64,000 nucleotides of DNA from Phoronis australis (lineage: Eukaryota; Animalia; Phoronida). The notes below the pieces were generated by a model. It was not told the origin of the DNA and did no database searches. It saw only the letters and a list, made by a program, of their open reading frames with translations. Positions 33,001-44,100 of this stretch are shown here, piece by piece. The stretch is taken from NCBI GenBank assembly GCA_002633005.1, contig NMRA01000107.1:165492-229491 (forward strand). The letters run 5' to 3'. Within the stretch, counting starts at the first letter, position 1. Each line of letters starts with the position of its first letter. The translations under genes and the position numbers were made by a program.

Positions 33001-35873
33001 TGCATCTTCAAAGTTCCAAGTGCTCCGTAGGACTCTATTTGAGTGACAGTGACGTTATGTCATGGTGAAGGAGTATGCTGCATAAGAACACTGCACTCGC
33101 TTATAGATGGTTAATGAAAGGACAGGTCCTCGCAGCAGGTGTCACGTTGTGATGATGGCTTTGAATTCAAATAAATGCTTTTGCTCGCGCAAGAATGCAA
33201 ATGACCCAAACTATAGTGTGATGGTCTTATATTCAGGTATAAGGCAATATTCTAATGTAATGGCTTATATTTTGGGTAATACGGTATATAAAATGACAGG
33301 CATAAGATCTCGCAAGACCAAATTTGGCTATTTTCACGCAGTGCAGTTCACTTCATTCATTCGTACATTGCCGAGGCTGTATCCAATGTTGGCAAAATAT
33401 TGAGTTAACAAAGTATGAGAATCAGCAGTGATCTGGGTGAAATTCATTTGTATTTTGTAAATATAATTCATTACATCTTTTGAAAGCCTTGCGAGTTAAC
33501 AATTTTAAGGTATTTTAATTGAATGTTGGATTAAGTCATCGGATTTTTTAAGGTTTTTCTAAAATGGGCTTTTCTGTGTGATAACAGAAAATCAGGGTCT
33601 TTTAAGTACCAGTACTTGCGTGAGATGTATGAATGTGAAACTATGCTTTGAGTAAACACGTTGTGACTATACAGAATGAATTTTAGTAATACAATTTTTC
33701 TTGCTCTCCTGCCATACGAAAGTTGTTATAGAACGCACTCCAAGTAGTACAAGTTATTGTCATTATGTTCACTAAGTAACAGTGTTATGTGTGACCTCAC
33801 TGATGTCCTAATATTCATGGGATTTTGTCACCACTCAGTAACTTAGCCATAGCCACCTATTGGTAAGTGACGAAACAATAGTACTACTTGGCCCTGGTAT
33901 CATTACACAACTACTATTGCTGTTGAATATGGTGCATGCCATAATGAAAATGTGTTCACCGGTGTTTCTGAAAAAACACTGGAATGTTAACTCTGTCGTG
34001 TTTTCAGCACGCTGTTGCCGCTGTTCCATCAGCCCCAATCCCAGCACCACTACCAACAGGGGTCAGTGCAAACCCTTGCTTACCATCACACATAGCGACT
34101 ATAACCGGAATGGGAGTCAACAATGCACGAGCGCAGACTTTTCCAGCTACAGGTCAAGTCCACATTAACCACGCAAGTCTACAGGCAGCAGACAGAGTAC
34201 CCGCATCATCAGTAACAAGCAGAGGTCACCATTGTAGCTCTGTCAACTCTACTCTGAATACTACTAAGCCCACTCCCCTTACTGCCCCCACTCCTCTCAC
34301 TGTCTCCACTCCTTCAAATATCTTGCTACCTGTCCCCCAAGTCCTTCAAAAGGTTGCCTCAACTGAGTCTAGAGATTCTCAGTCACATGTTTATTGCTCA
34401 GAAACTACAAATAAATTATACAGCCTTTCTGATCCAACCTGTTTTCAATTGCCTGATGATTACCATGGTGATGAGCATTATGTTAATCATGTGATCAAGC
34501 AAACCCCAATCCAAAAGAACCTTCAAGTACTTTCAGCCAGTCAACAATTACAACACAATCCCATTGACAATCCATTGCCATTGGCCACAGCTTTGATCCC
34601 TTCAGGGCTTCTGGTACCTCCTGTTACATTATCCGATGATTTGATGAGTAAGCATAGACGTGTCGACCTGAAGTCAACCCCATTAATGCCTACAGTTGAC
34701 GGAGTTCAACCACTGAGTGAGGCCATTTTGAACATAGTCGGTCAGGGAACATCCCTGGTCCCAAACCAGGTCCAGTCTCAGAGACCTGGTGTAGTGTCAG
34801 GGGCTGAACATGGCCACGTCCTGGGAAGCCATGACATGAACAGCACTGTGAAAGATAATGAGCTCTTCAATCAAGCCAAACTGTTGAGAGGCCTCAATGG
34901 TTTAGGTGATGGGTCTAATGTGGAGAATGAAAACCACAGTCTCCTGAAGGTGAGTGACCCTTGTGTAAGAGTTATTTGGATAGTAAACAGATGAAAGGTG
35001 ACCCGAATAGAGGAAAGCTTAACATGGCTGCTTAGCGTAATATCAATTCGTGAAATGGCAATATTCCGAGATCGCAAAACAAGAACTGGGATTGGAAACC
35101 TTGTACGGTGGTTGCGAAAGTCCTGGCCCCAACAACAAAGGACGCATAGTTGGCAAGAGCCAAATATAACATTAACAAGTTACCTGAAGTGAAATACCAC
35201 ACATGTTTGCTGGTGCAACCAAGATCACCTGGACAGCCAGGTGCTGAGTGTCTTGCTTGCATTGTAGCTACCAATTTCACCCCCTTGAGCCCAGTATCCC
35301 GCCCAGGCTCACATCCTGAGGCAGAGGCAGACGTACAAGTTACCTGTAGATAAACGGGCCTTTCTGATTTTTACGGAGTGGTTCCCTCTTCCATCTGTTT
35401 ACTTCCTGTAGTATTTTGAGTGTGTGCCCAGATGTGTTTATGGCAACTTCATGAGCTATGCTTAAGAAAACATGATTGTCTATAGATACTTGTGTATTAA
35501 CCTTCTAATTTCAAGTTCTTTCAAAGTAAATTTAGTAACCATTTCTTTCTTTAACTTTCATTACATGTCGACATTTCCAGGGTACACTAATGTACATCCT
35601 TGGTGGCAACATGAAGCGTTTCAAAATTATGCAAGCTGCAAAGTGAATATGATCTTCACCCTTTGATAAGGCAGATGTTCGTTTGTGTACTGTGATTGGT
35701 GAATAGGCAGTTGTGTTTTTCAGACGCCTGTTGGAATGAGCCGTAAGAGAAGCCATCCTAGTCTACTTCCCCCACCTGAACCCAGTCCTGAGGGCGACTA
35801 CATTGGCCAGCATTCTCAGGGTATCGGCGGACACTATGCAGAATCATACAGAAAGCGTAAACGAATCTTGTGA
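17902..35873 (+). CDS. RAVER1: Ribonucleoprotein PTB-binding (RAVER1/2-like), three RRMs, 9 coding exons, 682 aa
   Basis: join(17902-18000,26999-27065,28576-28797,29177-29430,29775-29945,31796-31871,32347-32414,34008-34949,35724-35873) = 2049 nt; all GT-AG and phases consistent. N-term [17 protein letters not shown]|EIKDFL, RNP1 KGYGFVEF, and the diagnostic C-terminus [36 protein letters not shown]. Confidence 0.9.
18176..19601. mobile_element. Fold-back non-autonomous DNA transposon with ~280-bp inverted arms, carrying a nested hAT MITE
   Basis: 18176-18450 is the reverse complement of ~19330-19601 (TAGGCAATGA.CATCGCCTCTGTTGGCC...). Confidence 0.85.
18766..19257 (+). mobile_element. hAT MITE, copy 1
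   Basis: TIR CAGGCCTTTAT...ATAAAGGCCTG; perfect 8-bp TSD GGCGGGAA. Confidence 0.92.
20350..21697. mobile_element. PIF/Harbinger non-autonomous element
   Basis: Perfect 31-bp TIR GGCCCGGTCTCCAATCTCCGTACTCAGACTC; CAG TSD (20347-49, 21698-700); subterminal TACTC(A/G) repeats. Confidence 0.88.
22578..23230 (-). pseudogene. hAT transposase relic (P52rIPK/THAP12-ZMYM1-like C-terminal region), frameshifted
   Basis: [21 protein letters not shown]...IEDIWVEWF...[20 protein letters not shown] resembles the LQ...DI..A....I / PR...RQ..R.N....TP pattern of this transposase group. Confidence 0.7.
23235..23706 (-). mobile_element. hAT MITE, copy 2 (inverted relative to copy 1)
   Basis: Same TIR CAGGCCTTTAT; 8-bp TSD CCCCTTGG; colinear with 18766-19257. 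Confidence 0.92.
25091..26160 (+). mobile_element. Helentron/HINE-like element with internal ~145-bp tandem subrepeats
   Basis: Starts in a T-run; 5' hairpin ATGCGCCCAC...GTGGACGCAT; CCGTC-type microrepeat; then monomers ending in CTAGTGGC at 25273, 25418, 25578, 25724, 25867, 26005, 26143. Confidence 0.65.
26487..26599 (-). mobile_element. tRNA-derived SINE head
   Basis: Minus strand shows A-box-like TAGCCTAGTG and B-box-like GGTTTGAGTTCC; homologous copy at 42593-42685. Confidence 0.55.
26999..27065 (+). CDS. RAVER1: RAVER exon 2
   Basis: ttttcag|[23 protein letters not shown]|GTGAGT; phase 0 to 1. Confidence 0.8.
28576..28797 (+). CDS. RAVER1: RAVER exon 3 (end of RRM1, start of RRM2)
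   Basis: [12 protein letters not shown]...LLCVSNIP...[10 protein letters not shown]; acceptor ttacag, donor G|GTTTG. Confidence 0.85.
29177..29430 (+). CDS. RAVER1: RAVER exon 4 (RRM2/RRM3)
   Basis: [10 protein letters not shown]...[12 protein letters not shown]; acceptor ttacag, donor CAG|GTACAG. Confidence 0.85.
29775..29945 (+). CDS. RAVER1: RAVER exon 5 (RRM3)
   Basis: ...[13 protein letters not shown] resembles RAVER GSHLRVSFCAPG; acceptor tttcag, donor AAG|GTTAG. Confidence 0.85.
30060..31388 (+). mobile_element. Helentron/HINE-like element, same family as 25091-26160
   Basis: Same ~145-bp monomers; ends in CTAGTT. Confidence 0.65.
31796..31871 (+). CDS. RAVER1: RAVER exon 6
   Basis: tttgtag|[26 protein letters not shown]|GTAAGT; phase 0 to 1. 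Confidence 0.65.
32347..32414 (+). CDS. RAVER1: RAVER exon 7
   Basis: ctccag|..[22 protein letters not shown]|GTAAGT; phase 1 to 0 restores the frame. Confidence 0.65.
34008..34949 (+). CDS. RAVER1: RAVER exon 8 (long Pro/Ser/Thr-rich region)
   Basis: 314 open codons inside ORF 33984-34994; acceptor ttttcag, donor AAG|GTGAGT. Confidence 0.8.
35724..35873 (+). CDS. RAVER1: RAVER exon 9 (conserved C-terminus with NLS)
   Basis: [49 protein letters not shown]. Confidence 0.92.
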   Translation, partial: TPVGMSRKRSHPSLLPPPEPSPEGDYIGQHSQGIGGHYAESYRKRKRIL

Positions 35874-36404
35874 GCAGTCTTTATCCAGATGAGGGCGCCA
35901 GACACTCGCAAAGTACTTGTGGACTTCAATGGCGGCCATTTTGTTTTTAAACGTCAGTAAAGCTCCGGATTTACTAGGTGATTTTACATGGTCTTGTTTT
36001 TTCACGAGTGTCTTACACCCCACCACTTGTTCGTTAATTTTATGCAAATTATCCACTCTTGTACTTTCATGGTAATCGTGAATATGCATCTAGTCAATAC
36101 TCTATCCCAATTTTTTATAAATGTTAGTTCATTTTGCATTCATAAGAAGTTGTTAGATCGCTGTACATTGAATATGTTTACAGAAAACGTAAAATCAATT
36201 TGCAAAATATCCCTTTGTCAGTTGGTTTACTCATTTCAAGTGCATGTTAATGAATTTTGGTATGTGTACTGCCTAACAATTCACCTTTTGCATTTGTCTA
36301 TAGTGTCAGCAAACTTACACTTTTACCTACAGTGATGTGTTATTGACAGGTTTTTGTTTCTTGTCACTCGTGCATGTGATATTTAGTGTCTTGTACAGTT
36401 ACGT

Positions 36405-37110
36405 CTTATGCGCACACATATATATCTGGCGTTCACTGCTGTATCTCCTAAACCTTTGCAGTATCTGAATCAAACGTGTTGCTGTGAAGCTGGCAACAGA
36501 TGATAATTTTGGGCAGATGCAACTACTGCCATGCTCCCCTAGCGACAATTTTGGGTTTTACATTACAATTTTTAAGAAATTTCTGTATTTTGGAGACAAG
36601 AATTCCTTCCCATTTTCGGACGGATTTTACATTTTCTACATCACCTTGTGGCCATTTTAATTTTTTAGTCCATTCTGCCAAATTGCTTGATAGATCATGA
36701 AAATCGGCGTTCTTGTTGAGAATACTACGGCTAAAGTTGATTTTCAGACTATCCCGGCTACCGTGACGCAATTCTGTTTTTTGCATCTGTGGCTGTATGT
36801 CCTAGCCCCCTACAGGATCCCTGAAATTGGGCGAATCACAATTTTAGGATGGATTCAACTACCTCAGAGTGTGTGCCCCATGGTGGAAACTTTCATTTTG
36901 TGCGTTTAATTCTCTGCATCTTTAGAGTTCCGTGGCAGAATTTCAGGAAATTTAGCAAATAGGTTTCTGTACCGGAGATGACAAATCCTTCTAATTTTTT
37001 TAATAAGTTCTACGTCACCTAGAGGGCCAGTTTCTATGAGGCTGATAACAAATGTAATAACATACTGCTTGTGGTGCAATCATGGGTGCATTACAGCGCT
37101 TTGGTGTTTT
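36405..37110 (+). mobile_element. HINE-like family copy in or near the RAVER 3'UTR
   Basis: ttatgcgcacacata head; tgtatctcctaaacc, cccattttcggacggatt and catgaaaat.ggc monomer motifs. Confidence 0.55.
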
Positions 37111-38054
37111 GTAAATTTGATATACCAAGTTCACTTTTGTAATATTAGATTACCGTAACAATTATGATTTCATGTTAGCTAGTTTAAAATCACTTCTTGT
37201 ATAGAGTTAATTTTTCCGCATTTTTGTGGTGTGTAAGAATGGTATATGTTAAATATGAATGTGTGTGACCGGAGATTGGTAAATCAGTTGGATACTAGGC
37301 ATGTTGTTCAGTGTTAATATGTGTGGATGCCACTAGTTGTTTTACTACCAGTTGTTAATATGGTGTTTGAGCATGTAATGGTAATAGCTTGAAGTGTGAT
37401 TAGAGTACTCATCTAGTAACAAGGTTTCCTCAAACAGGAGTAATGTTACTGTTTGTCTTGGATTTGGTTGAAAATGTGCAAATTATATCCTTGGAAGAAA
37501 TATTGCAGTATGTATAACTTAAACTAAACACGCCCTAATAACCCTGGGGGGGGCGGTGTTATTGTAGACACAGGCCTCTCCAAGGCCTCTTCACATGTGC
37601 AGAGTACAGTCGCCTGACGTGTCATGTTTATGCAGTACATGCCAAACAGACTCTGACTAAATACCGTTTCCCAGAGACCACTGCTAATTATGCTTACGCC
37701 ATGACAAAAGTATTTTTTCACAGAACCCCTTCAGGAGACAGTATATTTATTAACTTTGTAGTAAACTCCCCATCATAGTCACTGTTGTAGTTGACTCTTT
37801 ACTGGTCCAAACCTGTGAACGGCATCATGACATACTGCATACTGTTGCACGTGCACCAAAAGCACACAGTGTCGGCTGTACTGTGCACTTGTGCCCAATA
37901 TGTAATACAGTAGGCATTTGAGCAGGTGCACTTGATAGCGTAGCCATTTAATCCTTGAATGCCTTTGTACAACTAAATGGTCGTATACAATACGTCACAA
38001 AAGAAAAAATGAAAAATATGGAAGAAATTAACAGAAGATGCATCAAGCAACACA

Positions 38055-38060
38055 TTTATT
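38055..38060 (-). terminator. Candidate polyadenylation signal for ZYG11 (implies a ~3 kb 3'UTR)
   Basis: AATAAA on the minus strand followed by a GT/T-rich downstream tract; motif only. Confidence 0.3.
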
Positions 38061-39004
38061 GGTGTAAATCAAATTCCTACAATAAATTAAAACATTGGAG
38101 ATACATGTAAGCAGTAATAAACAAAAAAGTTATTCCAGACTATGGTTGTACAATAAACATCACCTGATGGACGACTTGTCCAGTAAGCTTGGCAGCAATG
38201 CAAACGTTTTGCCTGTTCCCAGGTCAGTGGTCAGAGAGCCAATTCTTAAATAAGGATAGGCGAATCCTTTGAAACTTGGCAAATAAAGCCTGTGCAACAT
38301 TAGTTTGATCACTGACTCAACTGAAAACCAGATGGCATTGCAAAGTGCGTGCGACGTGTTTTCATGATGCAGCACATCTTTGGAGTTTTTAATTTATAAT
38401 GGTATTAGATAATCCACTAACTAAAGTACATTTTGTTCAAAGATAACACTTTCCAGGCATTTACCAAAATAATCGCCTTTGACAGGAACCACTTTCAGGC
38501 TCTACATTTTATAATTCATCAGGACATTTGAATGTGTTAAACTTGTTAACAGCACTTATTCAATTTAGAACACACTTCACATTCTATAATAAGCAGAGTA
38601 CACTAGAGATGTTATGTACATGTACGTTATGTCTTCAATTGATGAAATACATGCATATAATATCTAACAAAATAGCACAATTAGTGGTTTTTAAGCAACT
38701 AAAATAATTGCTTTACAACAATTCTTATACTTGTAGATCACAGAAATGATAACTTATGAACAGTATTACACAGTTCATTCCAGTGACGACACACTTGAAA
38801 CTTAACAGCTATAACTAGCTAGACTATAGCTAGATACGCAAAGTCTCATTAGCCTCGTTATTTAATTAGTGCTCATCAGAACAGTGCCAGTAGGTCTACC
38901 TGGCCTGTATCACAACTACAATAAGTGACTATTCACTGGTGGTGCCAAGGAAGGTAGCGCTTAAACATGTGAACATATTAGGAGCACAGAGTTGTTCAAC
39001 ATGG

Positions 39005-39380
39005 ACAGTTGAGGGCTAACAGTTCTATAATGCACTTCAAGGGATAATGCAACGTTAGGAACCGTTCTATAATACAATTAGTGGGATAATGGTTAAGTAA
39101 GGTGAACTTGAGGGCTAATGGTTTTTTAATGCACTTCTGGGGATAACGGTGCTAGAAGACGAGAGATAATGCAATTCAAGGGATAACCGTTCTATAATAC
39201 AATTAGTGGGATAATGGTTAAGTATTAAAGGTGAACTTTAGGGCTAATGGTTTTTTAACGCACTTCTGGGGATGACGGTGCTAGAAGACGAGAGATAACG
39301 CAATTCACCCGTTCTGCAATACAATTTAAAGGATAACGGTTCTACAATACAAGTTGAGGGATACCGTTGTATAACACAAG
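39005..39380. repeat. Degenerate minisatellite (GGGATAACGGTTCTATAATACAA-like) with higher-order duplication
   Basis: Recurring gggataa..gt.ctataat motif; block 39060-39190 is repeated at 39186-39310. Confidence 0.75.
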
Positions 39381-41001
39381 TAAGGTGGTGTGAAAGACTT
39401 TCCCTAACAGCCAGTGCACCTAATTGGGACACTCACAATTAGCTCATCATAATTCTGAACAATGCATCTCACTAATTCATCATAGGTAATTCACTACCAC
39501 CTCATGTAACTGTGGTGTTCATTAATTGTCCTCACAGCATGACTTGATAATTACCTGGTAAAATTGGTTATAAATAGCGTGTTGTTTGTAGTCCCCAAGA
39601 TTGCATCATGACCCCCCAAGATTGCATCATGACAATTGTGCGTTATGTCCTAAGTCACCTGAATACAAGCAGTAGGTAGGAACCTTTCACTAGCACCACC
39701 TAGTGAATTTCGAGTCACAATAAGTGAGATGGTACCTACATCAGTTGTGATATCAAATAAAACTGTGCATTATCATAGCCCACTAGTGTATTTATTTAGT
39801 TTTCGGATATAGTGCAGAATCAGTGTTGCACGGAATCAAGCTTCAAAACAACTTGCACAAAAAATGACAGCACGCAACCCTACACAAATTACGGTGCCAA
39901 ATCAACTTGAAATTAAATGTAATTTACATGCTTGCTTTAGCACTACGTGTAGTCATTTGACATAAACATGTTTCTTAGTGCTGATGACTCAACTTGATAT
40001 AGTTACATGTGCAATAGTCTGATATAATGTGCCCGGATTTTGAGAACCAGTTTGATGCCCGTTATTTCGTGGGGAAAACTGGTTCTCAAAATTCGGGAAC
40101 GTTATATCAGAACGGTACATGGACGTCTACCATGTAAATTATGACACAGTGGAAACTAGTAACAATAAACCTCCCAGGATTGTCTCCCATCATTCGCTAT
40201 AACCCAATTAACTTTGTTGAGAAAAAAATTGTAGAATGCTAGGAGAGTTGGTGACTGGAAACTAAACACACAGGGGCTGCACATACAAGTTCAAGAGTCT
40301 TGCAAAAAATACCTGTACCAATGCAAGACAATGGAATACATAGACACGGTGTAGAGATATTTCATCTAACAATTTACTTGTATCGAGATTTGACTGTTCT
40401 TTGTCACACACCTAAATAACATTATCACCTTCCTTAAGCACACTCAATCACTTGTTTCTAGCACATAATGGTGAATATAGATGCAGTGACCACTTCACCA
40501 AAAGGAGTACAAGCCCAGTATTGCCCACACACAATACACAGTAGCACATACACACCACCTAAATCAAATAACGGAATACTTCACTTCCATTCCCTAATGC
40601 ACAAACGGAAACAAATTTTGACTACATATAAATTAAAAAGTCCCACTAATTTGCTTGTCACTTGGAATAACATTCCTGTTTTGACATTAGAAGTGGACAC
40701 TAGAAGAAATTTGTTCCACAAACTCTCCAGTCATCGCCAGCTTTCCTCCCCTTCAAGTACCCAATGCAACTTTTTTGAGAAAACAAAAATCAAGGACTAC
40801 CATTAAAGTTGGCATAATTGCCTTAAATTAACATACGCTGACTAAACATGCACTACTGCAGTTATGTAGTAAATACTTGGGCAAATGCATTCTAATGAAT
40901 TACAGATGCAAGGGCAACAGCACAGATACCTTTATGCAACAACTTGCTCAAATACCGCAGCAGTCACGCAACTGGAGTCTGCCCTCGAGTCTTATCTTGT
41001 T

Positions 41002-41141
41002 CTAAGACAAGTGGGAAGAGAGGAGATTCAAAACATCGTTGGATATACGAGCTACGTTAGGGTCTGTTGAAGGGTCCTTGGTCAGCCCCTGCAGGAGTTC
41101 TGTCCCATTCTCTTCCAACAGCATGTGGCAGTATCTTGAAC
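41002..41141 (-). CDS. ZYG11B: ZYG11 coding exon 12 (last)
   Basis: SRYCHMLLEENG...LLSSHLS*; TAG at 41002-41004. Confidence 0.88.
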
Positions 41142-44100
41142 CTACGCACAAAGGAAAAATTATAGCATAACTTATTCAGCACACAAGAAGGGTTGCAGAC
41201 AAATTATTCAGATACCAACCCTCAGTAATATGCCATAGAACATACATGATGATTCTTCCTTAAACAAGAGCAAAGTCCGAGTTTAAATTGTCTTGCATAT
41301 CACGAATAGTATATCATAACTCAAAGTGATCGTCACGTATTTATCATATGAACACAAAAAATTTTAAAGAAGCACATTTACCAAATCTACTGCAGCGGAG
41401 TTAAGCGGAGGCAACATGGATGTTTTTCTAGGATTCAACGGCCTTGTACCGGATTATGAATATTTAAATACTGGACAGCCATGAGCCTAACAGAATTAAA
41501 GCCGAATAGTCCTTTTGCGGGTTAATAAAAAATAACGTGATATTCTGTGAGACTTAACTGTGCCGTCACCAGAACTAGGGCAAAAGCTTGTCGTTTGGCC
41601 ATTTGCCCGATACGTTAGCAGAGTGTATTCTCTTCAGTTTACTTCGTGTTTTTTTATCTTTTAGTGTAAAAAATGCCAAACAAGCATTGCCGTTATGGGA
41701 AATGTAATTCAGATTCGCGCTACAATACTTCCCGTCACGTTCTGTACTAATTTCGTCCCGTGTATTTTAAATGGGCAGTAGGCCAAATCCACCGATTAAG
41801 AGTTTTCACCTCCTCAAAAATACATTCTACACTTAAAACTATCATTTAAAAAAGCGCTTACTTTCTTCAGTGGTCCTATATTCTTCTACACTTATCAATG
41901 AAGTATAGCTATGAGAATAAAGGTGACTTTGGCAAAGAATTCCAACCACAAAGTTTTTCAACTGAGTCACATGAGTTAGGCAAAGGCTAGCACGAGACAT
42001 TGAAGTGTGTGACCTGGAGCGTGACACTTGTAAGATTTGTGTCCCTTAGACTTTTTGTTCGTCAACACGCGTGATTTCACGTAACTTCCTCAAAATGGTG
42101 CTCCGTGAGAGAAACTCAAACGCAAACCGCGACAGATTTTCATGGATAAGTTCAAGTTATTTGTTGACTAAATTGTATCCAGAGTAATGGGATGTGTTAA
42201 TTATAAATCCATGTGCATATATGTGTGGTTGATTTGATTTTATTTGCTGCATTTTGAAATGAGTAACTTTTTATGGGGATGTACTATCATTTCAATTTCA
42301 CTCAGCTCCCAGCTTCGCACAACATAACAAGCTCACGTTTTCCCCGTCCATTCACAGTTATTCCACGATCCATCAACCACAAATTAAGTTGTGGCAACGT
42401 TTTAAGTGTAAAATTCTCCATAAAAACTCAGTAAGATTTAGCGCAAGTAGCAAAGACTCGGGTGCAAAACAAGGGCAATATGGCGGGTTTTGCCCTAGTT
42501 CCAGTGACGTCACATTGAATAACTGGAAACTCACAAGTAAGCTATTGAAGATAAACTAGCATTAGACTTTTAAATCAAGACATGCAAGGAAGCAGTGTGG
42601 CCTAATGGGATAAGTGACTGCTTCCTTTACTCAATATGGCACACTGCTAGAGCCTTGAATCAGGCCTCTAGCTTCTCAGCTCAGCTTTAACTACGAGTTT
42701 AATTTCGTGAGTTTTGTCCAGCAGACCAAATTCAATTCAATTTACAATGAACTTTGCTGCCAAGATGGATCAACAGCGTCATTTTATTAATAAAGCTATT
42801 AAAGGGTTCCAGATAAACAGTGCATTGGGCATGTCTGGTACCAGACTGCCTCCAATTATTTTAAGACAAAAGTCATGCAATTTTTTGCAAACTTGGTTCA
42901 AGAATTTGGAATTGTCGCTTGCTTGTAGCAGACCACATTAGCAGTTTGTCTGCAATTTTGAGAGTAAAATTCAGCTACATCAATAGAGCTTTCATGAAAT
43001 TTCAAGCTTTTCATTTCCATGCCCGATTTTTCAGCCCAGACAGCCCAGAGCTGCATGGCCAAGGTCTCCCTACAGTAACTTACCATTTCGTGCACACGTA
43101 TGGTGTATAGCTCAGAACTGCATGATCAAGATCTCCCTGCAATAACTCACCATTCCGAGTACACATGGTCGTACACAACCCAGAAAATCATAACTGCATG
43201 GCCAAGGTCTCCCTACAGTAACACTCCGTTCTGTGTACACACATGGCGTACAGCACATAGCTGCACAGACAAGATCTCCCTACAATAACTCACCATTCCG
43301 TGTACACACATGCCGTACAGCACACAGCTGCACAGACAAGATCTCCCTACAATAACTCACCATTCCGTGTACACACATGCCGTACAGCACACAGCTGCAC
43401 AGACAAGATCTCCCTACAATAACTCACCATTCCGTGTACACACATGCCGTATAGCACACAGCTGCACAGATGAGATCTCCCTACAATAACTCACCATTCC
43501 GTGTACACACATGGTGTACAGCCCAGACAGCCCACAGCTGCACGGCCGGGATCTCCTTACAGTACAGCAGGTTAAAGAACGGACTGAATGACCTGTAGGC
43601 CACCATCTCACCCTCTGGCTGTGTCCATGAACAAACAGCATTATACTGTAAACAGACACAATTAGCCATTAAGGCAAGGTATCTCTTTATACTGTCAGTG
43701 CTTATATAGTCCATACACCATAGTGATAGCCAGCCTATAGGCTGCCAATATCATCACCTACTGCAGGCATTGATGGGGATGAATGCAAGACAGGACATCA
43801 AACAACGGTCATACATACAGTTTCACATCTGTGGGTGAGACTGGTCAACAACACTTTAGATTCTTCACATAATGATCCTTTGAGCAGTTTGGCCAAAAAT
43901 GAGGCAGATGTCAAAAAATCAAAAATAATAAACATGGTCACTAGGTGGCTCAGAATGCATCTAATTTGTCCGAAAATGCGAAGGCATCATTATCTCCTGA
44001 ATAGAAATTTATTTACTAAATGATGTGAAAATCCATCAATGAACTCCGAAGATACGGAAAAGATAAAAAATGCCGCTTGGGGCACAGTGGCAGCAGAATC

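Noticed and set aside
34998-35353. ORFs after RAVER exon 8 as an extra exon
   Set aside because: Exon 8 joins exon 9 in phase without them; no supported splice pair or homology.
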